A stretch of 46,145 nt of DNA from an uncultured Lachnobacterium sp. GTDB lineage: Bacteria; Bacillota; Clostridia; Lachnospirales; Lachnospiraceae. The stretch's first letter is position 1; each line of letters begins with the position of its first letter. Shown piece after piece: positions 1 through 8,627 of this stretch. The notes under the pieces were generated by a model that was not told the origin of the DNA, did not search any database, and saw only the letters and a program-made list of their open reading frames with translations. Made by a program: the position numbers and the translations under genes. The stretch lies in the NCBI GenBank assembly GCA_964628865.1, contig CAZVOY010000001.1, positions 1-46,145 on the forward strand. The letters run 5' to 3'.

Positions 1-217
1 CTAATCGTTTGTAAAGAAGAACAAAACCATCACCTTCCCATAGTAAGACTTTCATTCTGTCCCTGCGTTTTCCACAGAACAGAAAAAGACTGGATGAGAA
101 TGGATCGAGATGGAACTGTTCCTGAACAACAACTGCGAGTCCATCAATGGATTTTCGCATGTCAGTATAACCACAAGCGATGTAGATATTTTCGGCAACT
201 GTGATATCGCCTAACAT
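1..217 (-). CDS. tnpB: IS66 accessory protein TnpB (Orf2), 3' end outside the window
   Basis: Not in the ORF track. Manual translation gives MLGDITVAENIYIACGYTDMRKSIDGLAVVVQEQFHLDPFSSSLFLFCGKRRDRMKVLLWEGDGFVLLYKRL, with the family motifs DMRKSIDGL and WEGDGF.LLYKRL. Confidence 0.93.
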   Translation of the reverse strand, partial: MLGDITVAENIYIACGYTDMRKSIDGLAVVVQEQFHLDPFSSSLFLFCGKRRDRMKVLLWEGDGFVLLYKRL

Positions 218-567
218 ACACTTTGCAATGCTAAAAGCACTACCTGAATGGTCTGTTGGCTGGTACCTTCCGTAATCTCTAGCGTTGCCTAAGGCAATCG
301 GATAATAACAGCAGCCTGTGTATTATGTAGAGGAGATGAAACCTCTAACTTTTTAAATGTGACAGGACTTTCTTCTTCAACAGGTACAGTTAAATTTGAA
401 ATAGCCTGTTGGCGAAGTCGTTTTAAATAATAATAGTATGATGGTTCGGAGACAGCGTTCTCTTTGCACCATGAAGAAACGGACATACCGCTCGCTTGAC
501 ACTCAGCAATCAGGTGTTTCCAGTGTTCCAAGCGAAGTTGAGTTTTCACTTGAGTAACCTGATCCAT
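211..567 (-). pseudogene. tnpA: IS66 TnpA (HTH) with an in-frame premature TAG at 291-289
   Basis: The ORF 289..567 has the motif W..LIAECQASGMSVSSWCKE..SYYYY. The frame continues past the TAG as ATLEITEGTSQQTIQVVLLALQSVC* to 211, overlapping the tnpB start. Confidence 0.8.
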
Positions 568-687
568 GAATAACCTCCCCTATAGTACTTGAAAAACTCG
601 AAAAACTATAACTCAAGATACTATATGCGATTTAATTATGGCATGGATCTCAAATATAAGTAAGGCACTCTGTTATTAAGCGCTTAC

Positions 688-717
688 AAAAGGCTGGCGT
701 TCACCCGAACGCCAGCC
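688..717 (-). terminator. Rho-independent terminator of the glycan locus
   Basis: Perfect 11-bp stem GGCTGGCGTTC (692-702) / GAACGCCAGCC (707-717) with a 4-nt loop. It is followed on the minus strand by TTTT (691-688) and lies about 40 nt after the wzx stop. Confidence 0.85.
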
Positions 718-759
718 CATCAAACTAAACCATCAAAAAATTTGATTATCCATAATTCT

Positions 760-2025
760 TTACTCTTTTATATGTTCCTTCTTTTTCTTGATACCATACA
801 TAAACGAAACAATAAATCCTACGCTCAACATTCCCATTAATGCTGTATACAAAATTGCTGCTCCCATCATTTGATACTGTCTTACGATAGAATTGGCTAA
901 TATCAATGCCGTCGCAGAAACAATCATGTAATTAATAAGTAATGCATTTTGCTTTCTCATAATTGTAATGACCGTATTTAACATACCTGACAACGCGGAA
1001 AATCCTCCACCTAACATCAATATTAAAAGTTCGAGTTTATAATCTGATAAATCTGTATTATACAAAATAGATAGTATTGGTATGCCACATATATACACTG
1101 CTATTAAGCAGACGGTTGTAATACCTGCGACTATTAATGTTTGTTTAACCACTTTTAATATAAATTTGCCCATTTCATTTTCATTCCACAGACATGATAA
1201 ATTATATACAAAAGGAGTGAAAACAACTCCATTTAGTAAGGCTATAACAAAAACTGGCATAGATATAAACCCATAACATGCTTGCATTTCGTCAGATAAA
1301 TGTGCATCGATAGCATATTTCGGTGCATTAGTTATATAAAATGATAGAAATGTACCTAATGCTACAGGAAAACAATTTTTTAAAAGAAGTATCACATGTG
1401 AATTTACAGATTCGCATTCTTCTTTAAATGTTGGATATGTTCTATTTATAAAATACCATTCCAAACCTGCTGAAAATATTGTAGATATAATCAATGTAAT
1501 TAACAATTTTTTTGTTATTAACACTAACCCCAAAAAGACTATAGTTGACAAAATCATTCTCAATGTTAAGATTTTTGCTCCAACATAAAGCTTTCCTTTT
1601 TTTTGATATTCTCCAATGAATACATCTTCTATCGCATCTATCGCTTTAAATAAACACATCCATATTATGATACTTGTTTTTTCTAGAGAATATTGATTTG
1701 AATATGCAGCAAAACATGTATAAGCACATGCTACTCCTATCATTAAAAATGTTGTTATCCATCTTGAATTGAGATACTCATTAAAATTAAATTCATTTTT
1801 CACATCAGATACTTGATAATTTCTCATCCCATATTTACCAATATTCAAAAACAAATTGGCATTTGCATATGCAATTGTAAATATCCCAGATTGTACGAGC
1901 CCTACCGTTCTTGTAAGTATCATAAGTAGAATAACTGATTGGAAAGCCATCAAAAAGCTACCAACCATATACCACATTACACCATCTTTTTGAGGATTTT
2001 TACTCTCAAGCAAAAAATTTTTCAT
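760..2025 (-). CDS. wzx: Wzx-type (MOP superfamily) oligosaccharide flippase
   Basis: About 12 hydrophobic segments, with GMRNYQVSD and YITNAPKYAID..LSDEMQACYG motifs, at the end of a glycan locus. The start is uncertain: the ORF-track ATG at 2091 overlaps the IS110 end, so ATG 2025 is used. Confidence 0.85.
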   Translation of the reverse strand: MKNFLLESKNPQKDGVMWYMVGSFLMAFQSVILLMILTRTVGLVQSGIFTIAYANANLFLNIGKYGMRNYQVSDVKNEFNFNEYLNSRWITTFLMIGVACAYTCFAAYSNQYSLEKTSIIIWMCLFKAIDAIEDVFIGEYQKKGKLYVGAKILTLRMILSTIVFLGLVLITKKLLITLIISTIFSAGLEWYFINRTYPTFKEECESVNSHVILLLKNCFPVALGTFLSFYITNAPKYAIDAHLSDEMQACYGFISMPVFVIALLNGVVFTPFVYNLSCLWNENEMGKFILKVVKQTLIVAGITTVCLIAVYICGIPILSILYNTDLSDYKLELLILMLGGGFSALSGMLNTVITIMRKQNALLINYMIVSATALILANSIVRQYQMMGAAILYTALMGMLSVGFIVSFMYGIKKKKEHIKE

Positions 2026-2099
2026 TTCATCTTGTATGATTATTTTAGAAGCTAATAACCACACATTCCTTTCTTTTTTATACTGTGCCATAATACATT

Positions 2100-2275
2100 C
2101 AGATGCTGTGGACTTTTAATTTTTATCTGTAGCTCTGACTACTTTTTAGGAGAGTATTGTCGCTACATTATCTGAATTTTTTATAGCTAGATGTGCCAGT
2201 TCCTTTTAGAGCACTTATTTCAATCAAGTCCACGATGATAATTGTTGGTGGATATCACGGTATCAATCTTAATCG
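2100..2275 (+). ncRNA. Candidate IS110 bridge RNA in the left non-coding end
   Basis: About 190-nt UTR before the transposase RBS. Stems: GTGGACTT 2108-2115 with AAGTCCAC 2226-2233, TGTAGC 2128-2133 with GCTACA 2162-2167, and a GTGC/GCAC hairpin. The position matches IS110-group bridge RNAs. Guide loops were not confidently assigned. Confidence 0.5.
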
Positions 2276-2288
2276 AAAGGAAAACACT

Positions 2289-3357
2289 ATGATTTACGTT
2301 GGCATTGACATCGCCAAACTCAACCACTTTGCCTCAGCCATATCTTCGGATGGTGAAGTACTCATCGAGCCATTTAAATTCTCGAATGACAATGATGGCT
2401 TCTTCACGCTACTTTCTAAACTCAATTCGTTTGATAAGGATAGCGTCATCATTGGTCTTGAATCAACGGCTCATTATGGCAACAACCTCTTAGCTTTCCT
2501 TGTGCCTAAAGGTTTTCACATTTGCCTCATCAATCCTATTCAGACTTCTACGATGCGAAAGAACAACATTCGTAAAACCAAGACTGATAAGGTAGATACT
2601 TTTATTATCTGTAAAACAACGCACTCGTTTGAAAATCCAACTGACCACCTATGTAGACCAAGTATTTCCAGAACTGCAGTATTTCTTCAAATCAGGAATA
2701 CACCATAAAGGTTGCTATACGCTTCTAAAAGAAGCACCATCGCCAGAATCCATTGCTTCCATGCATTTGACTCATCTCTCCAATCTTTTGAAAACGGCTT
2801 CCCACGGTCATTTCAAAAGAGAAACTGCTTTAGAATTAAGAGTTTTTGCACAGAAGTCTGTCGGCAGTAGCGACAAATCTTTATCTATTCAAATAACTCA
2901 ATCCATTGAACAAATCGAGTTATTAGATAGGCAATTAGAACAAATAGAATCCGAAATGGAAGACATTGTAAAATCCCTGGATTCTGTCATCATAACCATC
3001 CCTGGTATTGGATATATCAATGGTGGCATGATACTTGGTGAAATCGGATATATTTCTCGTTTCACCAGTCCGAGTAAGCTCCTTGCTTTTGCCGGACTTG
3101 ATCCATCTGTGTATCAGTCTGGAAACTTCCAAGCAAAGCATACTCGAATGTCAAAACGTGGCTCAAGAGTCCTTCGTTATACACTTATGAACGCAGCACA
3201 TAACGTTGTTAAGAACAACGCGACATTTCAGCAGTACTACAACCAGAAAGTATCTGAAGGACGTTCCCATTACAATGCACTAGGTCATTGTGCCGGAAAA
3301 CTAGTCCGAATCATCTACAAGATGCTTACCGACAATGTTGCTTTTAACCTCGCTTAG
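2289..3357 (+). pseudogene. IS110 transposase/recombinase, frameshifted near 2610-2617
   Basis: ATG 2289 after AAAGGA. The N-terminal part has YVGIDIAK, LESTAHY and KTKTDKVD. A second frame carries [17 protein letters not shown] and [13 protein letters not shown]...[10 protein letters not shown]. Confidence 0.92.
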
Positions 3358-3510
3358 CAAAGGCTTTACATAGATTTTTGAAAAGGTCTTCGCAGAAGGT
3401 CTAATTAAGGTCGGCCATTTTTGAATAGTTTTATTAACATAAATATTTTTGAAATTTAGTCTTGACTATTCATAGCTGGTCTCCTCTACCCTATGCATTT
3501 ATAAAACTAA

Positions 3511-4644
3511 CTATATTTTTAATTTATTCTTTACATAATTAGCTAGGATTAGTCCCTTCTCTATTAAATCAGGCATAGTGTACTTTGTAATTATCCCATC
3601 AATTCCAGCCTTATTAAATGTCTCCCAAAACTCACTTCTATTTTCTGGTTCTTTCGTAGGTTTTTTTAAATTTGGATGCACTAATTTATTAACATCATAT
3701 GTAACATACGTTGCATCATCTTTTATTTTTTCAAATACATCTACTGCTTTTTGATTATTTAACAAAACTAACGAAATACCTTTATTATCATTAAACTCAC
3801 CCTTTGGGTATCCCCAAAAATCTGCTATAGTAAAATCTGCTGGGCGATTAATTGATGTGTATTGACAATTATAACATGATGGTCTAAGAACTGAATCTTC
3901 ATAAAAAAGCTGTCGGAACTTTGTACTATAATAATTTTTTCCATTAATAACAAACTTCTCAACATGACTTGTCCATCCAAATTCCTGTTTACTCCGGAAA
4001 TCAATAAACTCTATGGTTCCATTGTGTCTTTTATTCACCCATTTAACATACTCTTCCCAGATAAGAGGGCTAGGAACTCCATGACACACAATATCACAGG
4101 TAAACAAATTGCTATAGTCTTTATCTAAATATGCGTACAAACCAGCCACCTGACATGCCACCCCTGTAAACAAAACATCTTTTCCATCTTTTAAATCTTG
4201 TTTTATCATAGGAAAAATATTTGTTAAATCACTTTGTACATACTTAGAACCTCTAAAAGCATTACGGTCGTCTTTTGAATCTGCCCTCTTATGCACAACT
4301 CTATACTCATCATTATATGCGGCGCCATATACTACACCATTATTTTCTAAAACCCAATCCGAAATTACAGTAAAAGCTCCCCCTGAACGGCTTGCACTTC
4401 TAACCTCTTCTAACTTATGCTTAACACCATATGCCTGCACATCAAACATATTTTTATAGTCATCCGAATGGTTAAATGCGCACTTTTTCTCACATAGCCC
4501 ACATTTAATACATTTATCACTATTTATAAAAGGATATAAAAAACCTTCTTCATCTGCTTTCATCTCTATCGCATGCTTCGGACAAATCTCATAACATGTC
4601 GTACATCCACAACATAATTCTTTTGAATATACTATTTTTTGCAT
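3511..4644 (-). CDS. FrhB-like (F420 hydrogenase/dehydrogenase beta family) Fe-S protein with an N-terminal 2x[4Fe-4S] domain
   Basis: CCGCTTCYEICP, CIKCGLCEKKC, SRSGGAF, GSKYVQS, CDIVCHGVPSP, RPSCYNC and DFTIADFWG motifs. Confidence 0.88.
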   Translation of the reverse strand: MQKIVYSKELCCGCTTCYEICPKHAIEMKADEEGFLYPFINSDKCIKCGLCEKKCAFNHSDDYKNMFDVQAYGVKHKLEEVRSASRSGGAFTVISDWVLENNGVVYGAAYNDEYRVVHKRADSKDDRNAFRGSKYVQSDLTNIFPMIKQDLKDGKDVLFTGVACQVAGLYAYLDKDYSNLFTCDIVCHGVPSPLIWEEYVKWVNKRHNGTIEFIDFRSKQEFGWTSHVEKFVINGKNYYSTKFRQLFYEDSVLRPSCYNCQYTSINRPADFTIADFWGYPKGEFNDNKGISLVLLNNQKAVDVFEKIKDDATYVTYDVNKLVHPNLKKPTKEPENRSEFWETFNKAGIDGIITKYTMPDLIEKGLILANYVKNKLKI

Positions 4645-4657
4645 AAACCATCTCCTG

Positions 4658-5737
4658 TTAATTTAAAACCCACCTTAATAATTCTAATGATTTTTCGCGT
4701 TCTTTTGATAATAACTGATTTACTTTCTGATAATTAATTGATGAAAATTCAAGCTCATTGTCATCAATAATTCTATCTTCTAAATCCAACTTACTAAGCA
4801 AAGTTTTAACACGTCCCATACGTTCTCTTACTGTCGATGAGGTCACAACATAGTAAAAGTCCTTTTCAAATATCAAAGAAAAAACAATGCCATGAAACGA
4901 ATCTGTAACAATACATTTGGAATGATATATCGCTGATAACCAATCTTTTGCAGAATACCCTAATTTACATATACATTTACAAATTCCACAAATAGGAAAA
5001 GGAACAAAGACTATTTTCTTTGCCTTTATCTCTTTTGATATCTTTGATGCATAATTGGCAATTTTTGCAGAATGTCCCATCTGATAACAAAAAATGTAAT
5101 CTTTATTTTCAGAATCTGCATGTACCAAATCTTTCCAACTTTTCTTATCTAAAAGCAATGTTGGATCAAGTACGACATCCACTTTCTTTCCTAATAAATC
5201 ATAAATTAATTCCTGACCACCAACTTCTCGTATTGTTATTTTCTCATAATCTTTCAATAATGATTTCAATGTCTGCATAGTTTCTTCATCAAAATCTTTT
5301 GTTCCAAAACTACTTGCATAACTTCTCTTCTTGTTTTTTTCTTTTACAAAGTCTAACAAGTAAGAAGTATCGCCTTCTTGTATCTTAAGATTCCATATCT
5401 GATCACTGCCGGAAAGAAAGATATCATACTCATCATTTAAACGTTTCAACTCGTCTCTTTCTAATTGTGGTCCTTCTACCAACTCAGAAGAAAACTTTCT
5501 CATTTTTTTCATTCTTGGATAATAATATAGTTTTTCAACCACATATAACGCCATTCCAAATAAACCTTTTGAAAAAAACTCCTTGACCGTAACTTTTCCT
5601 TCTACGCTTTTACTTGAATAATTAATAATTTTTGCATCTCCAAGTCCATACTCTTCAATAGCTTTTTTTAATGCATATGCTTGTAATATTCCACCATAAT
5701 TTCCGGTTTTAAATATGGTCATTATTCCAACTTTCAT
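4658..5737 (-). CDS. Polysaccharide pyruvyl transferase family protein
   Basis: NYGGILQAYAL, GSDQIWN, SYASSFG, IRE, VLDPTLLL and TDSFHG motifs. Confidence 0.9.
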   Translation of the reverse strand: MKVGIMTIFKTGNYGGILQAYALKKAIEEYGLGDAKIINYSSKSVEGKVTVKEFFSKGLFGMALYVVEKLYYYPRMKKMRKFSSELVEGPQLERDELKRLNDEYDIFLSGSDQIWNLKIQEGDTSYLLDFVKEKNKKRSYASSFGTKDFDEETMQTLKSLLKDYEKITIREVGGQELIYDLLGKKVDVVLDPTLLLDKKSWKDLVHADSENKDYIFCYQMGHSAKIANYASKISKEIKAKKIVFVPFPICGICKCICKLGYSAKDWLSAIYHSKCIVTDSFHGIVFSLIFEKDFYYVVTSSTVRERMGRVKTLLSKLDLEDRIIDDNELEFSSINYQKVNQLLSKEREKSLELLRWVLN

Positions 5738-5751
5738 ACATATCCTCTTCT

Positions 5752-6759
5752 CTATTTTTGTTTTAATTCATTATTTTCTTTATCATTAACAATCTTAAAA
5801 ACAGCTCTAAAAATATAAAAAAACATCGCATGAGGCAAAATTCTAAAAAGAATTTTTTCTATCTTCATTACTAAACCAACTTTAGCTTCTTTCTTTTTAT
5901 AATCACTCCATGGTGATATATTTAAATAGAAATCGAAAAGATCATTATCTGGATGCAAATTATCTTTATGCCAAGGAAATACACCTAAAAATCTGTATGT
6001 ATGGTTTATAGCAACATTATTAAAAGATTCTCTAATGTCTTCCTTGCTATAATATCCTCTATCGCCATAAATATTTAAATATTCCTCTTCAGTTAACATT
6101 TTGTGTACAGGTTGGAAGTTATATTTCATCGGAATAGGACAAATATCACCTCGAACAACAATATTAATCAAATCTTGATCTGGTGATACAAAATTAGCCC
6201 TTACATTCTTTACATACTCAACAATTTTTTGAGCATAACATCGTTCTTTCCAGGCCTTAACATTATAGAGAATTACACCTGAATTAAAATAGTAATCACC
6301 CTCATCAAAACCAATATGTCTTTTATGTGTTCTTCCCAAGGAATCAATTACCATACCTATCGTCTTGCCTTGCAAATCATATTCAACTAAATCATGCAAA
6401 TCCCTTGAAACAATAGTATCACTATCCAAATATATAATTCTCTCTATATCTTCCTCAATAAGATAATCAAAAAAAAGACGTAAATTCGCAGCATAAGAAT
6501 TTCTATATGATGGCATATTCCACTCTTTCATTTTCACGACTAAGTCATCCGGCGCTACAAATTTTATTTTTGAATTATTATATTTTTTCTCAAGTTTTTC
6601 AAATAATTTAATATTTTTTTCTGAAATAGCATCACCTAGCACATATATTGTTACAGTATCAAAGTCTTTATTATTCTCTAATAACGATGTCATAGATGTT
6701 CCTGCATATGGTGCATAATTTTCATCAAATTGATAAAATACATTTAATGAATTCATCAT
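5752..6759 (-). CDS. Glycosyltransferase family 8
   Basis: DENYAPY, RIIYLDSDTIV, YFNSGVIL, PDQDLIN and YNFQ motifs. The start was set after the GGAGG RBS. Confidence 0.9.
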   Translation of the reverse strand: MMNSLNVFYQFDENYAPYAGTSMTSLLENNKDFDTVTIYVLGDAISEKNIKLFEKLEKKYNNSKIKFVAPDDLVVKMKEWNMPSYRNSYAANLRLFFDYLIEEDIERIIYLDSDTIVSRDLHDLVEYDLQGKTIGMVIDSLGRTHKRHIGFDEGDYYFNSGVILYNVKAWKERCYAQKIVEYVKNVRANFVSPDQDLINIVVRGDICPIPMKYNFQPVHKMLTEEEYLNIYGDRGYYSKEDIRESFNNVAINHTYRFLGVFPWHKDNLHPDNDLFDFYLNISPWSDYKKKEAKVGLVMKIEKILFRILPHAMFFYIFRAVFKIVNDKENNELKQK

Positions 6760-6766
6760 TTTCCTC

Positions 6767-7705
6767 CTATACATCAAAATTAATTCTTTCTTCTTCTATA
6801 ACTAGTGGTCTGTTCATTACTCGTTTATTGATACTCATAATATACTCACCAATAAATCCTATAAAGAATAATTGTACTGCTCCAAGAAAGAACATACCAA
6901 TCAAAACTGGCGCCATACCAGCTGCAAAGCCATCCCAGTTTACTAATTTAAGTATTAAATACATTAATCCAATCAAAAAACTACATGCAGCAATAAACAT
7001 TCCGACAAACGTGCATAATCTCAAACCGATTTTGGTATAAGATGTAATACTAAGCATTGCTGCATCATATAAGCTATAAAAGTTATTACTTGTTTTCCCA
7101 GCTCTTCTTTGAGGCTGTTCATAAGGAATTTCTTTTCTCTTATAGCCCAATTCAGCTACAATTCCTCTCAAAAATGGAGTTGGGTCTTTTAATTCTCTAA
7201 GCACTTCTATAAAATCTCTATCATAAAGACCTGAACCAGTAAAATGCTCTATCTGTTCTACATCAGAAAACTTCTTGATTATCTTGTAATAAAAACCTCT
7301 CAGATGATACATGATTTTGTTTTCTTTACTACTAGTCTTGATTCCAATTACAATTTTATATCCTTCTTCCCATGCTTCTAAGTACTGTGGAATCAATTCT
7401 ATTGGATCCTGGAAATCACAAACCATAGAAATCACACAATCACCTGTCGTCTGCAGAATTCCATGATATGGTGAATTAAACTGTCCGAAATTTTTTGCAT
7501 TAAAAATTGCTTTTATATGTGGATTCTTTGCACAAATTTCTCTCAACAATGGACGAGTGTTATCGTGAGAATCATTATCTATAAATAGCAATTCATATTC
7601 ATATTGTGTCAAATCTTTTTCAAAGAGATTAACGATTGCCTCGCTCATTGGTCCAACGTTATCTTCTTCGTTATAGCATGGAATTAAAATACTAATTTTT
7701 TTCAT
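6767..7705 (-). CDS. GtrB/DPM1-like GT2 (polyprenyl-phosphate glycosyltransferase) with two C-terminal TM helices
   Basis: ISILIPCYNE, IDNDSHD, KNFGQ, DFQDP, FLRG and RRAGKTS motifs, two TM helices and a C-terminal IGEYI...RP. Confidence 0.88.
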   Translation of the reverse strand: MKKISILIPCYNEEDNVGPMSEAIVNLFEKDLTQYEYELLFIDNDSHDNTRPLLREICAKNPHIKAIFNAKNFGQFNSPYHGILQTTGDCVISMVCDFQDPIELIPQYLEAWEEGYKIVIGIKTSSKENKIMYHLRGFYYKIIKKFSDVEQIEHFTGSGLYDRDFIEVLRELKDPTPFLRGIVAELGYKRKEIPYEQPQRRAGKTSNNFYSLYDAAMLSITSYTKIGLRLCTFVGMFIAACSFLIGLMYLILKLVNWDGFAAGMAPVLIGMFFLGAVQLFFIGFIGEYIMSINKRVMNRPLVIEEERINFDV

Positions 7706-7706
7706 A

Positions 7707-8624
7707 TTATTGCATCTCCTTACACCACTTTATGGTTTCCTTTATCCCTTCTTCAAAAGTGTATTGTGGTACAAATCCTGTATCCTCTTTCAGGTTTGTA
7801 ATATCCGCTTCTAAATGCATTACCTGATTTGGATAATATGGTAATTCCCCAAAACCAATTTCCAAACTTGGGTTAATTGTATCGCGTATTACCTCAATGT
7901 ACTGACGAAGTGTTCTTGTCTCTCCACTACCAAAACAATATACAGCATCTTTTTTTCCTTTTTCAGCGACTAAACGAAATGCTCTCGCCGCATCTTTGCT
8001 ATAAATATAATCCCATATCTGATCACCTGCTGTACATGCTGGTCTCTCTCCTGCCAATAACTTTGTTATTATACTACGAACCATTGTGTAAGCACCATCG
8101 TATGCTCCATAAAGGCTAAGAATTCTACACCAATTATGACGAATCCCAAGCTGATTACATAATACACGGCTCATATGGCAAGCCGCTAATTTGGCTGCTC
8201 CATAAGGGTTATCTGGATTACAAACAATATCAGGAGTAAGTACACCATCAATGTGTCCACACTCGCTTTGGCTACCAGCCCCAATGAACACTTTACATGC
8301 TAATTCTTTTGCTACATATACTGCGTTTAGTGTATACTCTACATTTTTGTTTTGTCTGATACAATCCATTCTATCCGCACCATAGGTTCCATCCCATGCA
8401 AGATGATAAAACACATCACATGTCTCTCCTACTAACGATGGTAATTTTTCAATTTTATCTAAATCACATTCCACAATCCGCACTTTATCAGATTGTGGAA
8501 TTGCACTTATTCTCGACGATTTTTCCCTACACACAGCAATAACGCACCAATCATTCTGGACTAACTCCTGAATGATTGATACGCCAACCGCTCCTGTGCA
8601 ACCTGTAATAATTGCTTTTTTCAT
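7707..8624 (-). CDS. NAD(P)-dependent epimerase/reductase (extended SDR), probable CDP-sugar ketoreductase
   Basis: ITGCTGAVG, FYHLAW, YGAAK (YxxxK) and GDQIWDYIY motifs. It lies directly after the ThDP enzyme. Confidence 0.85.
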   Translation of the reverse strand: MKKAIITGCTGAVGVSIIQELVQNDWCVIAVCREKSSRISAIPQSDKVRIVECDLDKIEKLPSLVGETCDVFYHLAWDGTYGADRMDCIRQNKNVEYTLNAVYVAKELACKVFIGAGSQSECGHIDGVLTPDIVCNPDNPYGAAKLAACHMSRVLCNQLGIRHNWCRILSLYGAYDGAYTMVRSIITKLLAGERPACTAGDQIWDYIYSKDAARAFRLVAEKGKKDAVYCFGSGETRTLRQYIEVIRDTINPSLEIGFGELPYYPNQVMHLEADITNLKEDTGFVPQYTFEEGIKETIKWCKEMQ

Positions 8625-8627
8625 AGT

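Larger units (their letters stand above)
1..687 (-). mobile_element. IS66 family insertion sequence, left part (terminus, tnpA, tnpB); continues beyond the window
   Basis: The minus strand begins GTAAGCGCTTAATAAC at 687, and IS66 ends start with GTAA. It is followed by tnpA and tnpB with an ATGTTAG start/stop overlap. Confidence 0.88.
2088..3485 (+). mobile_element. IS110 family element (bridge-recombinase type) with a broken transposase
   Basis: DEDD transposase. There is a half -10 (ATAAT, 2090-2094) at the left end and a -35 (TTGACT, 3462-3467) at the right end. The ends are inferred from promoter reconstruction. Confidence 0.8.

Noticed and set aside
1..217. TnpB as an RNA-guided nuclease
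   Set aside because: It is the small IS66 Orf2 accessory protein, unrelated to IS200/IS605 TnpB; no RuvC or zinc-finger motifs.
2026..2091. wzx start at 2091 given by the ORF track
   Set aside because: That ATG overlaps the inferred IS110 left end (2090-2091), so it is probably created by the insertion.
2193..2288. N-terminal extension of the IS110 transposase
   Set aside because: Family similarity and the RBS point to ATG 2289; the upstream part is the structured non-coding end.
2600..2640. Programmed frameshift in the IS110 transposase
   Set aside because: IS110 transposases are single ORFs, there is no slippery heptamer, and sequence appears to be missing at the junction.
3511..4644. 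True F420 hydrogenase or archaeal transfer
   Set aside because: No hydrogenase subunits are present, and this family is a regular member of bacterial polysaccharide loci.
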